A stretch of DNA of 64,000 bases from assembly GCF_902713615.1 (NCBI RefSeq), contig NC_052166.1:5596711-5660710 (forward strand), read 5' to 3'. The stretch is from Scyliorhinus canicula (taxonomy: Eukaryota). This document shows, one piece after another, positions 1 through 13,420 of this stretch. Each line of letters starts with the position of its first letter. The stretch's first letter is position 1. The notes under the pieces were generated by a model. That model saw nothing but the letters and a program-made list of their open reading frames with translations, did not search any database and had not been told where the DNA came from. A program made the position numbers and the translations under genes.

Positions 1-31
1 CAAAGCATCGATACAGAGCTCCCCAAGTCAT

Positions 32-1135
32 TGACGCAGGGCTCCCTCGTTGCATAGATGCAGCGCTCCCTTGTTGCATAGACGCAGCGCTCCCTCGTTG
101 CATAGACGCAGCGCTCCCTCGTTGCATGGACGCAGCGCTCCCTCGTTGCATGGACGCAGCGCTCCCTCGTTGCATAGATGCAGCGCTGCCTCGTTGCATG
201 GACGCAGCGCTCCCTCGTTGCATGGACGCAGCGCTCCCTCGTTGCATGGACACAGCGCTCCCTTGTTGCATGGACGCAGCGCTCCCTCGTTGCATGGACG
301 CAGCGCTCCCTTGTTGCATGGATGAAGGACTCTCTCGTTACATAGTCACAGGGCTCCCTTGTTGCAAAGACGCAGGGCTCCCTTGTTGCAAAGACGCAGG
401 GCTCCCTTGTTGCAAAGACACAGGGCTCCCTTGTTGCAAAGACACAGGGCTCCCTTGTTGCAAAGACGCAGGGCTCCCTTGTTGCAAAGACGCAGGGCTC
501 CCTTGTTGCAAAGACGCAGGGCTCCCTTGTTGCAAAGACGCAGGGCTCCCTTGTTGCAAAGACGCAGGGCTCCCTTGTTGCAAAGACGCAGGGCTCCCTT
601 GTTGCAAAGACACAGGTCTCCCTTGTTGCATTGATGCAGCGCTCCCTCGTTGCATGGATGCAGCGCTCCATCGTTGCATGGACGCAGCGCTCCCTCGTTG
701 CATGGATGCAGCGCTCCCTCGTTGCATAGACGCAGCGCTCCCTCGTTGCATGGATGCAGCGCTCCCTCGTTGCATGGACGCAGCGCTCCCTCGTTGCATG
801 GACGCAGCGCTCCCTCGTTGCATGGACGCAGGGCTCCCTCGTTGCATGAACGCAGGGCTCTCTCGTTGCATGGACGCAGGGCTCCATCGTTGCATGGACA
901 CATTGCTCCCTCGTTGCATGGACGCAGGGCTCCCTCGTTGCATGAACGCAGGGCTCTCTCGTTGCATCGACGCAGCGCTCCCTCGTTGCATGGATGCAGG
1001 ACTCCCTCGTTACCTAGACGCATGGCTCCCTTGTTGCGTAGTCGCAGCGCTCTCACGTTGCATGGATGCAAGACTCCCTCGTTGCATGGTCGCAGCGCTC
1101 CCTCATTGCATGGACTCAGGGCTCCCTCATTACGT
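32..1135. repeat. 24-bp minisatellite (ATGGACGCAGCGCTCCCTCGTTGC), about 46 units, two subtypes
   Basis: direct reading; 8-aa periodic ORFs in several frames. Confidence 0.95.
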
Positions 1136-1833
1136 TCCACCATATCATTAACACAACGCCTGCCCCTGTGGTGGTGGTGCCATGGCCCAGCCTGCCCATG
1201 CTTCTGTATTGAGCTATGGTGAGAGAACTCACTCGCGGTGGATTGTAAGCCAGGGGCGAGCACGTTACTGTTCATGACTGTCAAACCTGCTCTAAGCGAC
1301 TGACCTACTGAAGCAGCTTCGATATCAGTGCCGAACCTTTTAACAAACATCAGATATATTTTATAATAAAAAACAGATGGACATCTTGTGTTCAGGTGGC
1401 TGTGTTCAATTCCGGCTTTGGGGGGGTGGGGTGGGGCAAGGCATCCGCGAGGAGGGGCAGGGGTGCCGGGTTCGATTCCGGCTTGGGTCACTGTCTGTGC
1501 GGAGTCTGCACATCCTCCCCGTGTCTGCGTGGGTTTCCTCCGGGTGCTCCGGTTTCCTCCCACAGTCCAAAGATGTGCGGGTTAGGAGGATTGGCCGTGA
1601 TAAATTGCCCTTAGTGTCCAAAATTGCCCTTAGTGTTGGGTGGGGTTACAAGGGCCATTCAGCCCATTGAGTCTGCACTGGCCCTTGGAAAGAGCACCCC
1701 CCTCAAGCACACACCTCCTCCACCCCCTCCCCTTAACCTAGTAACCCCAATTAACCTTTTTGGACACTTAAGGGAAATTTATCATGGCCAATCCACCTAA
1801 CCCCCACATCTTTGGACTGTGGGAGGAAACCGG

Positions 1834-2023
1834 AAATGAGATGAAATGAAATGAAAATCGCTTATTGCCAGGAGTAGGCTTCAATGAAGTTACTGTGAAA
1901 AGCCCCTAGTCGCCACATTCCGGCGCCTGTTCGGGGAGGCTGTTACGGGAATCGAACCATGCTGCTGGCCTGCTTGGTCTGCTTTCAAAGCCAGCGATTT
2001 AGCCCAGTGTGCTAAACAGCCCG
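1834..2023 (-). mobile_element. tRNA-derived SINE, second family (other copies about 9554-9738 and 41380-41545; tails at 17490-17615, 34068-34135, 61955-62090)
   Basis: A/B-box-like 5' end; shared tail GGAATGTGGCGACTAGGGGCTTTTCACAGTAACTTCATT. Confidence 0.8.
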
Positions 2024-2327
2024 CTTTTTGGGTTGTGTGGGGGCGAAACACACGCAAACACGGGGAGAATGTGCAAACTCCACACGGACAGTGACCCAGA
2101 GCCGGGATCGAACCTGGGACCTCAGCGGCGTGAGGCAGCTGTGGAAAAATGCCTGTTGGCTGAGGCCTGAGTTTTCCGAATTCCCAGACGTCCTGCAATT
2201 GGTATCCCGTGCTATCCGCAGAACCTCACTACCAGATTTGGGCGGTACCACTATCTGATGGACAATCGTCCATTCCTCGTCCGCAGGCCGATGAGGATGT
2301 CTCCACTGCCTCATCAGAACTCGGTTC

Positions 2328-3846
2328 TGTTGCTCGTTATGCTTTCCTTAATTTGCTCTGTTTTAATTACGTTTGCTCAAGAGTCGGCAGGTATACCGCC
2401 ACAAGGTTCAAAGCCGAATACTGATCAAAGACGCGATACACCAGTTAGTAAGTTTGAAATCAATGCACATTTATTTACACACACAGTCAATTATTACTCC
2501 TGCACAAACTACCAACTAAACTACAATTACTACTAAAAGCCTATACTTAGCTTCAGGTGCCCGCTCAGTCAGAGGAACAATGGCCGCTGTCCGATTCTGA
2601 GGCTGCTGGCATCGAACTGGTATAGAATAGTAGCTAGGAGCGCCTATCTCGTAGCGTGTGTTGACTTTAGACTTACTAGGCTGGTGCTTGGCGGATCTCT
2701 CGTCGCTGAGAGCCAAGGCCAAGATGAAGGCGAAGAAGAAGAGAGCGATCTGTCTTTGGGGACTCCTCTTTATACCCCAAAGGGGCTTCGCACTCTTTTG
2801 GGCGGTTCCTGAACTTGACCCCAATTAATTGGACCATGTCCTAATCATTTGTATTGATTTCTCCAATAAAGGGGTCGTTGCTTGATCACTGGGCGGGCCC
2901 TAGGTGACCATTGGCCTGCCTTTATTTTAGCCACCACTGGCGCCGGGGAGTCTGCCCTGGTACCAATTGCTTAAATGTTTCTCTTTTGTCCCCGGAGATA
3001 GCTCATTACTATGCTAATGGCTTGTAGTATCGGTTTTGTCTGGGAGCTGTGAACTCCAATCCACAGGCAAACCTTGCACCTCGGCATCCAGGTACATAAA
3101 TCCCTGAAAGTTGCCACCCAGGTTAATAGGGCTGTTAAGAAGGCATATGGTGTGCTAGCCTTTATCAGTAGGGGATTGAGTTTCGGAGCCACATGGTCAT
3201 GCTGCAGCTGTACATAACTCTGGTGCGGCCGCACCTGGAGTACTGCGTGCAGTTCTGGTCACCGCATTATAGGAAGGATGTGGAAGCTTTGGAAAGGGTT
3301 CAGAGGAGATTTACTAGGATGTTGCCTGGTATGGAGGGAAGGTCTTTCGAGGAAAGGCTCAGGGACTTGAGGTTGTTTTCGTTAAGAGAGGAGAAGGCTG
3401 AGAGGTGACTTAATAGAGACATGTAAGATAGTCAGAGGGTTAGATAGGGTGGACAGTGAGAGTCTTTTTCCTCGGATGGTGATGACCAACACCAGGGGGC
3501 ATAGCTTTAAATTGAGGGGTGATAGATATAGGACAGATATCAGAGGCAGTTTCTTTACTCAGATAGTAGGGGTGTGGAATGCCCTGCCTGCAACAGTAGT
3601 AGACTCACCAACTTTAAGGGCATTTAAGTGGTCACTGGATAGACATATGGATGAAAATGGAATAGTGTAGGTCAGATAGGCTTCAGATGGTTTCACAGGT
3701 CGGCGCAACATCGAGGGTCGAAGGGCCCGTACTGCGCTGTAATGTTCTATGTTCTATGCTTGTTTTCTTAGCACTGTCCAATTTTCCCTTTACTCTTTGC
3801 AAGTGTCCATTTTGAAATCGGGACGTGGCCACCCCAGGTGGCTACA
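2328..3846 (-). mobile_element. solo LTR (family A) containing a CR1 3' fragment
   Basis: termini TGTAGCCA..GAGCAACA on minus; 4-bp TSD GTTC. Confidence 0.8.
3080..3757 (+). mobile_element. CR1/HER1-type LINE 3' fragment
   Basis: [24 protein letters not shown]; (TTCTATG)n tail. Confidence 0.9.
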
Positions 3847-3965
3847 GTTCTTAATGTAACATCTCTCTGGAACCCCCCCTCAGGCTCAATCTTTGTGAGA
3901 GCTGACTGTTCTCATCAATGTAACTCTGGGTCTGTCTCCCGGGCCTCAATTAATGATGTCCTACT

Positions 3966-4273
3966 TGACGGAACCATCAATTCACTAGACACGTGCTTTA
4001 AGATATGAACAGTGGTTTTAATCTACTTACAACAGAGCCAGCCTGTTCCGCGTTGAACTCTCGATGAACTGAACGACTGGCTCTGAGCATTGGTATTTAT
4101 ACAGCAGTCCAGGGGCAGGAGTCGTGAGCGAAGCCAAGGGTGGAGCCCTGTACAAACTCCTAAGCATTCCCAGCGCTACTCCCCCTAGCGGTCGGGCAAC
4201 GCAGCTGCGCTTACAAATGCATGGTCTCATGTATATACAATACAGTGTGAATTACGGAGTTACATTCACCACA
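3966..4273 (-). mobile_element. Gypsy solo LTR (related to the LTR at 44738-45046)
   Basis: TG..CA ends; 5-bp TSD CTACT; reverse-complement similarity to 44738-45046. Confidence 0.85.
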
Positions 4274-5834
4274 CTACTAAACACTGCTTCGGAATTACCC
4301 TCGTCCTCCAGGATAGTTTTGGCTATACTACCATATGATGGTGGGATGACTTTAATCTCTGGTGGTGAACTTTGTCCAGCCATTGCCCTGGTCAAAAATG
4401 TCTGAAAAGTGTTCCTCCAACTGTTCTGTCTCCTTATCTTCCCTCGGACTCTCTGTAATCATAGGTAGATACAACCTTCACTCCTGCCAATTATTCCCTA
4501 AAAATAAGCTTACTTTGTCTACTGGTAACTTCTTAACCATTACCAACAACTACTGGACCTGACAAATCACACTCCAGTTGTACTTTATATAATGTAACTG
4601 GAATATAATCTTCACTTATCCCATTCACTAATACCTCAGCTTTCATTGAACCCTCCAGAGTGATAACCAAATCTCTCTCCAGTATGAGAGCCTGTGTAGT
4701 ACCTGTGTCCCTGTTGTGGATTTGGCTACATCATTTGATGAGAATGGGATGATTGTCCCCTTCGAAAAAAACCTTGCATATGTCCCATCTATCTCAATCA
4801 ACATTTGCCACACCTGCTCCCACAGCAATGTTTACCTCCTGCCTCCTAGTTCTAGCCAGAGCTAGTTTGTCTTGTTGTATTCCCTACTTTCATTCCCTTT
4901 TCAGCATCCTCCTTATGAACCCTCCAACAAGCCCCATGGGCTTTCCTTGCAACTTCCAACATGCTGAATGAACGTGTCCCAATTTATTGACATAGTAACG
5001 TTTAGGCCTTTGAGTCGCACCTCCACCCTCAATCTCCTTCCTCGTCTGAGGAGGAGATCTCGGAGCGTTCCCAGCTATCTATCCTTCCCTTGGCTACCTG
5101 CTTTCCTTTCAATCTCCCACTTTCTGTCCTATTCAAAATTATGGAGTTGACGGAACAAAGGTTTAAGTTTATGGATCAGCTCAAAATCACCAGCCAGTAT
5201 TGCTGTTCGTCTAGCAGCCATAACCCTTTGGTCTTCAACATGGGTTCTTCGCACAGAAGGTAATGAATTCTTAAATTCTTCCAAGAGAACGATCTCTCTC
5301 AGAGCCTCATAGGTAGTTTCAATTCCCAATGCTATTAAAATTGAAACTTTTGCCTATATGCCTCTGGAACGGATTCACCCAGAATAGTTTTTTTTTTAAC
5401 CTCATCGTAGTTCTTAGACACCCCTCTGACAGGGAAGCGTAATTATCCTGCGCCCGCCCCATCAATTTATTTTGCACTTTTCCTTCAGCCGCTTCATTTG
5501 AGTTGCTGTTTTCTCAAATGCCATGAAGAATGTCTCTACATTCTGTTCCTCAAAGATTGGTAGGGCCTGTACATATTTAAACATATCTGGGTGGCATGTG
5601 GTGCAGTGGTTAGCATTGCAGCGTACGGTGCTGAGGACCCGAGTTCAAATCCCGGCCCTGGGTCACTGTCCGTGTGGAGTTTGCACATTCTCCCCGTGTT
5701 TGCGTGGGTTTCACCCCCACAACCCAAAGATGTGCAGGGTAGGTAGATTGGCCATGCTAAATTGCCCCTTAATTGGAAAAAAAATAATTGGATACTCTAA
5801 ATTTTAAAAAAATATTTAAACATTTCTCTACTAG

Positions 5835-6165
5835 GATTTAGAACAGTACAGCACAGAACAGGCCCTTCGGCCCTCGATGTTGTGCCGAGCAATGATCACC
5901 CTACTCAAACCCACGTATCCACCCTATACCCGTAACCCAACAACCCCCCCCCTTAACCTTACATTTTAGGACACTACGGGCAATTTATCATGGCCAATCC
6001 ACCTAACCCGCACATCTTTGGACTGTGGGAGGAAACCGGAGCAAACCCACGCACACACGGGGAGGACGTGCAGACTCCGCACAGACAGTGACCCAGCCGG
6101 GAATCGAACCTGGGACCCTGGAGCTGTGAAGCATTTATGCTAACCACCATGCTACCGTGCTGCCC
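5835..6165 (-). mobile_element. HE1-type V-SINE (representative of about 20 copies in the window)
   Basis: GGGCAGCACGGTAGC..GGTTCGATTCCC tRNA head, V domain (GCGTGGGTTTCCTCCGG..GATTGGCCATG), CR1-like tail. Confidence 0.9.
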
Positions 6166-7775
6166 CTTTTGGACTGAGAAGATTACGCCTCCTACTTGAC
6201 TTTCCCCAATTCCTCCTTAACTCCAACTTTTAAAGTTGTTTTTTAAAAATAAATTTAGGGTATCCAATTCCGTTTTTTTCCAATTATGTGGCAATTTAGC
6301 GTGGCCAATCCACCGACCCTGCACATCTTTTGGGTTGTGGGGGTGAAACCCACTCAAACACGGGGAGAATGTGCAAACTCCACACGGACAGTGACCCAGA
6401 GCCGGGATCGAACCTGGGACCTCGGCGCCGTGAGGCAACCGTGCCAACCACTTGTGCCACCGTGCTGCCCTTCCAACTTTTAAAGTTGACATTCTTTCTC
6501 ATCTTTCCATTTCTACGTCAAGTTTCCTCATTTCAATTTCCTTTTGAAAGCTTTCTTTTCCCACATCTCCATTAAAAAAAAATTCACCCTCATGCTTGAA
6601 CTGCAACCGGATTCTCTCCAGATCGGTTTCCCCACCAGAACGTTGCTCTGATGTTACACTACCTGGGCTACCTGCCCGGGGGCCCTCCTGTGTTTCTAAC
6701 ATACCCAAGCACTCAACGAATACATCATATATCTCTGCCTTCTTAGCTTCAACAAGAACCGCGAGTTTAATTCACTTGCCAATTCAAGGAAAGAACAAAG
6801 AAAATTACAGCACAGGAACAGGCCCTTCGGCCCTCCCAGCCTGCGCCGATCCAGATCCTTTATTTAAACCTGTCGCCTATTTTCCAAGGATCTACTTCCC
6901 TCTGTTCATATATCTGTCTAGATGCATCTTAAATGATGCTATCGTGCCCGCCTCTACCACCTCCGCTGGCAAAGCGTTCCAGGCACCCACCACCCTCTGC
7001 GTAAAAAACTTTCCACGCACATCTCCCTTAAACTTTCCCCCTCTCACCTTGAAATCGTGACCCCCTTGTAACTGACATCCCCACTCTTGGAAAAAGCTTG
7101 TTGCTATCCACCCTGTCCAGACCTCTCATAATTTTGTAGACCTCAATCAGGTCCCCCCTCAACCTCCGTCTTTCCAACGAAAGCTGTTCTAATCTACTCA
7201 ACCTAGAACATAGAACATAGAACAGTACAGCACAGAACAGGCCCTTCGGCCCTCGATGTTGTGCCGAGCAATGATCACCCTACTCAAACCCACGTATCCA
7301 CCCTATACCCGTAACCCAACAACCCCACCCCCCCTTAACCTTACTTTTTAGGACACTACGGACAATTTAGCATGGCCAATCCACCTAACCCGCACATCTT
7401 TGGACTGTGGGAGGAAACCGGAGCACCCGGAGGAAACCCACGCACACACGGGGAGGACGTGCAGACTCCGCACAGACAGTGACCCAGCCGGACAGTGACC
7501 CAACCTTTCTTCATAGCTAGCACCCTCCATACCAGGCAACATCCTGGTGAACCTCCTCTGCACCCTCTCCAAAGCATCCACATCCTTCTGGTAATGTGGC
7601 TACCAGAACTGCACGCAGTATTCCAAATGTTTTTTTGATGCCCTTGTAAATAAACCATAGGCAGATCCGCAGACTGAAGAAAACCCTAAGATGCTTCCAG
7701 AGCCATCCTGTCGTGCTATTGCAAAGCTGGTGCCTCTTTAATATATACTGCACCCCATATGGTCGCTGTCTACGG

Positions 7776-8723
7776 TGTTGCTCTTTTTAATGAGTAGAAT
7801 CTATCCCACCAGCGTCACCAATAATGTTGCCAATCGGCACCAGAGACGCCAATAATGTTGCCAATTCTGGGGTATCTACTTTAGTCAGATATTAGTCTGA
7901 CCGTTATTAATGAGGATGTTGCTCAGAGTCGCCAGATATCAAATGATACCACCACAAGGTTCAACCAGATATCGATCAAAGACCCAACAACCAGTCAGTT
8001 AGTTCAAGTTGACACAAGATTAACTCACACATGCAACATAAACACTACAAGCTAAACTACACCTAACACTACAACAGCCTGTACTTAACATTCATGCACC
8101 TGGCTTTGGCAGAGGAACAAGGCCTTTGTTCGGATCTGGGGTGGCTGGGTCTGGAGAAGTGACTTCGGTTCTGTTAGGCTCCGCCGTCTGGTAGCGGTCG
8201 TTCACCTTGAACTTGCTTCTGGTCGTGGTGCTGGTAGTTGGCTTCAGGTATAGGCCGGGCCGAAGAGTGGCGGTGTGCCAGGGCCAAAAGAGATCGAACA
8301 CATGGCAGCGCCTCTCTTTATCCTCTGGGGTTTTGTGCTCTTTTGGGCCGTCCATAGCTTTGGACGAAATAATCCGGCAGGCTTCGATCACTGCCTTCGA
8401 TTTAAGCCAATAAAGGGGCGGGTGCCTTGATGGCTGGGCAGTCCTGAGCGGTCATTGACCTTGGCTGTTTGGGCCTCCTGGGTGAAGTGAGTGGCACCGA
8501 TGTGTCTGGAATTGTATCTGATACCCGAGTACCAGTCCTTTGTCCTGGGGACATGGGTCATTAGACTGCAAATCGGCTGGGGGTTTCGATACTATCTGGT
8601 TCTCTAGTGGCAAATACACACTGAAGCTCTGAGACCACCTGGATCCTGCATTGGCCATATTTCCCTTGATTCTTTGCAAATGGCCATATTTCCCTTTGTG
8701 AGTGGCCATCTCAGATGGCTACA
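7776..8723 (-). mobile_element. solo LTR (family A)
   Basis: same termini as 2328-3846; 4-bp TSD ACGG. Confidence 0.8.
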
Positions 8724-9332
8724 ACGGTTCCATAGATCCAGGACGAACCCCCAAACTATGTCAGGACCCCCTGGCCTAGTGAGCGGTCAGTTCCAGCCCC
8801 ACTCGACCCCGAGTTACAACACAAGTGAAATTAGATTTTATTTATTGAGCCAATAAACGACAGTCACCTGGTTTGTAACTTTAAAACACAAGTGACCTTT
8901 TATTATACACAGTATTATAATAAAACGGAGGGAAAATGTAACCAACAATCTATGACCACTTTCCCAGCCCCCTCTTTCTAACGTGCCCCACTCTCGACAC
9001 ACCCACACACAGACAAACAACACAGAGGAGAAAGAGTTGTGGAAGGGGAAAGAAAATGTTAATAAGAATAAAAGGATCAGGATCTCAGATGCACGGGGAT
9101 GACTTCCGGTTAATGTCTTTCTGAAGTTCAGGCTTTTGCTTTGGTACTTAGACTCGAAGTGGGTTTCTCTGACAAGGTTGTCTGCAGACTCAGCATAATT
9201 TCAGGTTCACAGCAAAGGATGTGCCAGGTGATCGCTGCTTTCAGAACAAGAGAGCCTTTCTTTCACATACAGTGAACATCTGTTAAAAAGGGGTTCTTCT
9301 GTCTTGTGGATGTTAAAAGGACAGCTTACGGA

Positions 9333-9785
9333 TTACTTAGTGTTGTATTCTTTGGGGGTTGTATTTGAATTGATGGTTACTAAGATGTTCACTGTATGTT
9401 TTAAAAAGGTTGACTTGAGTTCATAGAATAAACATTGTTTTGCTTTAAAAAATACTTTTCCATTTCTCCTGTACCACACCTGTAGAGTGGGCCGTGTGCT
9501 CCCCATACCACAATCTATTGAAACTTGTGGGTCAGATGAACTCCATGATACACATGAAATGAAATGAAAATCGCTTATTGTCACGAGTAGGCTTCAATGA
9601 GGTTACTGTGAAAAGCCCCTAGTCGCCACATTCCGGCGCCTGTCCGGGGAGGCTGATACGGGAATCGAACCATACTGCTGGCCTGCTTGGTCTGCTTTAA
9701 AAGCCAGCGATTTAGCCTGGTGAGCTAAACCAGCCCCTGGGGTTGCCCCAACACATTGGGGTTCTCTAAACCCTGGCCCATAACA
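9333..9785 (+). mobile_element. LTR 3' fragment (same family as 28948-29534) interrupted by a tRNA-derived SINE (about 9554-9738, minus)
   Basis: reverse-complement similarity to 28948-29190; SINE with (CATTT)n tail. Confidence 0.8.
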
Positions 9786-10099
9786 GTTGGTACCCTCCTC
9801 CCACCCCCACCCCCAGTGTGGAGGTGGATTAAGTGAAAGCAGGAATCTTAATTAACTCCTCCCTCCCCCCCCCCCTCCACCCCCACCCCCAGAGGGATCA
9901 TTTGGGGCTATGAATGGTGAAAAGGGAGGAGGGGGAAAAGGGCTGGTTCTGATCTGATTAGTAGAGTGGATGCGGATGCAGGGATTGAGAGGCAAATATT
10001 GGCCCCACCACACGGGGGGCAACCGCACACACTGGTCTTTTTCAACTGTGCAGATCCAAGAGGGAACTAAAGGTACTCTGGTACTGACAGTACTGGCTC

Positions 10100-10550
10100 T
10101 GTTACAGTGCAGTGCTCCCGAGGTCCTGACGTTCTGACAGTGCAGCGCTCACTAAGTCCTAACATTCTGAGAGTGCACTGCTCCCTCAGCACTGACCCTC
10201 CGACAGTGCGGCGCTCCCTCAGCACTGACCCTCCGACAGTGCGGCGATCCCTCAGCACTGACCCTCCGACAGTGCGGCGCTCCCTCAGCACTGATCCTCC
10301 CACAGTGCGGCGCTCCCCCAGCATTGACTCTCCGACAGTGCGGCGCTCCCCCAGCACTGACTCTCCGACAGTGCGGCACTCCCTCAGCACTGACTCTCCG
10401 ACAGTGCAGCGCTCCCTCAGTATTGACCCTCTGACAGTGCGCACTCCCTCAGCATTGACCCTCCAACAGTGCGGCGCTCCCTCAATACTGACCCTCCAAC
10501 AGTGCGGCGCTCCCTCAATACTGACCCTCCCACAGTACGGCGCTCCCACA
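10100..10550. repeat. 33-bp minisatellite (ACTGACCCTCCGACAGTGCGGCGCTCCCTCAGC)
   Basis: direct reading; 11-aa periodic ORFs. Confidence 0.93.
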
Positions 10551-11043
10551 GCAATGGCCCTCCGGCAGGATTAGTGTGTGCATGTTTCTCCAGCAGTAAT
10601 ATATATTTTTGATCTTGGTGGCTGCAAAAGGTACAATTAAGATGTTGTAAAAGTGTGGTCATCATTATTTCAAGCCACATTTATATTTACAAGGAGAGGC
10701 CTAATGGGATTCTGTTATGATTTTTGGGAAAAGATAATTGGAGACATTGGCCGGAATCCTCTGTTGCTCGGGATTCACTTTTTACGTCGGCAGTGCACCC
10801 GCGCTACTGGGTTTCGCGGCGGCGTGCAGTGGTTTCAATGGGAAATTCTATTGATAAGTGGCGGCACCTGCAAACGGCACATGGATGAGAAACACGCCCA
10901 TTGTGTGTAAACTTAAATAGGTCATGGGATTTGAGTGTAATAACGATGTTGTAGTTAATGGGAGGAGCCAGGTCTGTAGCAGGCAGTTTTTAGTTTTGGC
11001 TGGGAGCTGAGAGCTGAACAGAAGGCAGTCAGATTCAGCATTA

Positions 11044-11386
11044 TAGAACATAGAACAGTACATCACAGAACAGGCCCTTCGGCCCTCGATGTTGTGCCGA
11101 GCCATGATCACCCTACTCAAACCCACGTATCCACCCTATACCCGTAACCCAATAACCCCCCCCTTAACCTTACTTTTTAGGACACTATGGGCAATTTTAG
11201 CATGGCCAATCCACCTAACCCGCACATCTTTGTACTGTGGGAGGAAACCGGAGCACCCGGAGGAAACCCACGCACACACGGGGAGGACGTGCAGACTCCG
11301 CACAGACAGTGACCCAGCCGGGAATCGAACCTGGGACCCTGGAGCTATGAAGCATTTATGCTAACCACCATGCTACCGTGCTGCCC
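11044..11386 (-). mobile_element. HE1-type V-SINE, full length, inside an LTR-like remnant
   Basis: near-identical to 5835-6165. Confidence 0.9.
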
Positions 11387-12849
11387 AGAGCATTGCTCTG
11401 ACAGGATCTCTCTCTCTCTTCCTCTCCAAGCAATCTTTCAAAGACCTCTATATCTAGAAAACGGTAAGTAATCCTGTGTTTGCGAGCCTAATTTAAAAGT
11501 GGGTTCTGGCCTGTGATGGATTTTGCTTAAAGGAGGTTTTGGTTAGAAGTTAAAGTGTCTCTGTTTATGGTTAACCATTGTTCAACTGGTAATTGTAAGC
11601 AATATTTCTATGATGTTAAAGTGTCTAATACAATGTTCATGACAATGTTTGTTTTAATATGCCATATTCCAATTTTTTGCGTGGAATCACTCCTGGAGTC
11701 AAGTATCCTTCTCATAGATCATAGAATTTGCAGTGCAGAAGGAGGCCATTCAGCCCATCGAGTCTGCACCGGCCCTTTTGGAAAGAGCACCTACCTAAGT
11801 CCACACTCCCACCATGTCCCTGCAACCCAGTAACCCCACCCAACCTTTATTGACACTAAGGGCAGCACGGTAGCATTGTGGTAGCATAATTGCTTCACAG
11901 CTCCAGAGTCCCAGGTTCGATTCCGGCTTGGGTCACTGTCTGTGCGGAGTCTGCACATCCTCCCCGTGTGTGCGTGGGTTTCCTCCGGGTGCTCTGGTTT
12001 CCTCTCACAGTCCAAATATGTGCAGGTTAGGTGCATTGGCCATAATAAATTGCCCTTAGTGTCCAAAATTGCCCTTAGTGTTAGTTGGGGTTGCTGGGTT
12101 ATGGGGATAGGGTGGAGATGTTGACCTTGGGTAGGGTGCTCTTTCCAAGAGCCAGTGCTGACTTGATGGGCCGAATGGCCTCCTTCTGCACTGTAAATTC
12201 TATGTAAAGGGCAATTTATCATGGTCAATCCGCCTAACCTGCACATCTTTGGACTGTGGGAGGAAACCGGAGCATCCGGCGGAAACCCACACAGACGCGG
12301 GGAGAACATGCAGACAGTGACCCAGCGGGGAACCGAACCTGGGACCCTGGAGCTTAGCGCAGGCCCACACCAGACGCAGGCGCTGAAGTGGGCCAATCAG
12401 CCCATCAACTCTGCTCCGCCATTCACCGAGGTGGGGCTGCGGCTGGGGGTGGACTCATTCCACAGCTGGGAGGCAGCACAGGACGGGATCCCTTCGGCCC
12501 ATCTTGTCTGTGCCATCCCACCAAAAGAACCCGTCCATTCTAAAACCAATTTTCTGGCGTTTCACGTTGCACTGCTGTGAGCACTCAGTCAGAATGCACT
12601 TATTAGGCCGGAGGAAAGGTAGGAAAGTGGGGGAAGGTTTTGCGGGGGGGGGGGGGGGGGGGGGGGGGGTCCAGTGGTGTTGATAGGTACCAGATAAAAT
12701 GAGAGATTTGTATTTCTGCTTGTGTGGGTTTCGCCCCTGCAACCCAAAGATGTGTAGATTAGGTGGATTGGCAATGCTAAATTGCCCTTTAATTGAAAAG
12801 AATGAATTGGGTACTCTAAAATTTAAAAGGAAATTGGGATTTATTTGTG

Positions 12850-13420
12850 GCGCTCCCGAAAGCCGGGACTCGAACCCGCGGTGCAGACCAATGTTGACCC
12901 CGCCCCCCGGAAGTCACGGGCGGGAGAGGGGAACGGGTCGAGGCTCCATCGTGATTGGCGTGACGTTGGACCAATCCCGAGTCCCGAACGTCGGCTCCAG
13001 GACGTCACTATGCGGAGTGGAGGGCGGGGCGACGAGTCCAATCGATGACGTTATTTCAAAGGGGCGGGTCGACGTTGGTGATGAGTTGTGATTGACAGTC
13101 GCCACGGTGACAGGAGGGGGGAAAAAGGGCGCTGGATCAATCCAGGGAGAAGGCGGGGGAAGTCACGAGACGCTCACGTGATGATACCCGAGGCCGGAGT
13201 GGGCGGGGCGCGTAGACGTTTGATTGACACCGGCCCCCGGGATCGGGTTGGGCGTCCTAGCGGCAGGACGTCACGGGGCGGAGACGGGACTGATGATTGA
13301 CAGCGGCGGCGCCCAACCAGGAGCAGCGGGGGGCGGGGAGAGAGATGATGGGCAGGCGGCCCGCCGGAACAGAGCATGCGCAGTCGCGGCGCCGGCGGAG
13401 CATCCACAAGATGGCGGCGG
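12850..13420 (+). promoter_or_regulatory. ATP6AP1 CpG-island promoter
   Basis: CpG-rich; GC boxes, CCAAT/ATTGG, TGACGT half sites, ETS CCGGAAGT 12907, E-box/CLEAR-like 13162-13182, TGATTGACAG decamers, YY1-type CAAGATGGCGGC over the ATG. Confidence 0.8.

Larger units (their letters stand above)
2120..9300 (-). mobile_element. fragmented Gmr1-like Gypsy LTR retrotransposon (LTR end, tRNA-Pro PBS, SCAN-like gag, protease, integrase N-terminus)
   Basis: LTR terminus at 8759; PBS TGGGGGTTCGTCCTGGAT 8753-8736; YEALREIVLLEEFKNSLP (5129-5329); PVDKVSLFLGN; QIVVPPKSGSEVLRIA (2140-2280). Outer boundaries approximate. Confidence 0.72.

Noticed and set aside
50-1222. Long Cys-rich ORFs (341 aa MDAALPRC repeats and overlapping frames)
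   Set aside because: Product of a 24-bp stop-free minisatellite open in several frames on both strands; no splice or promoter context.
9554-9738. tRNA gene candidates at SINE heads
   Set aside because: The tRNA-like A/B boxes run directly into SINE bodies and tails present in many copies; they are not standalone tRNA genes.
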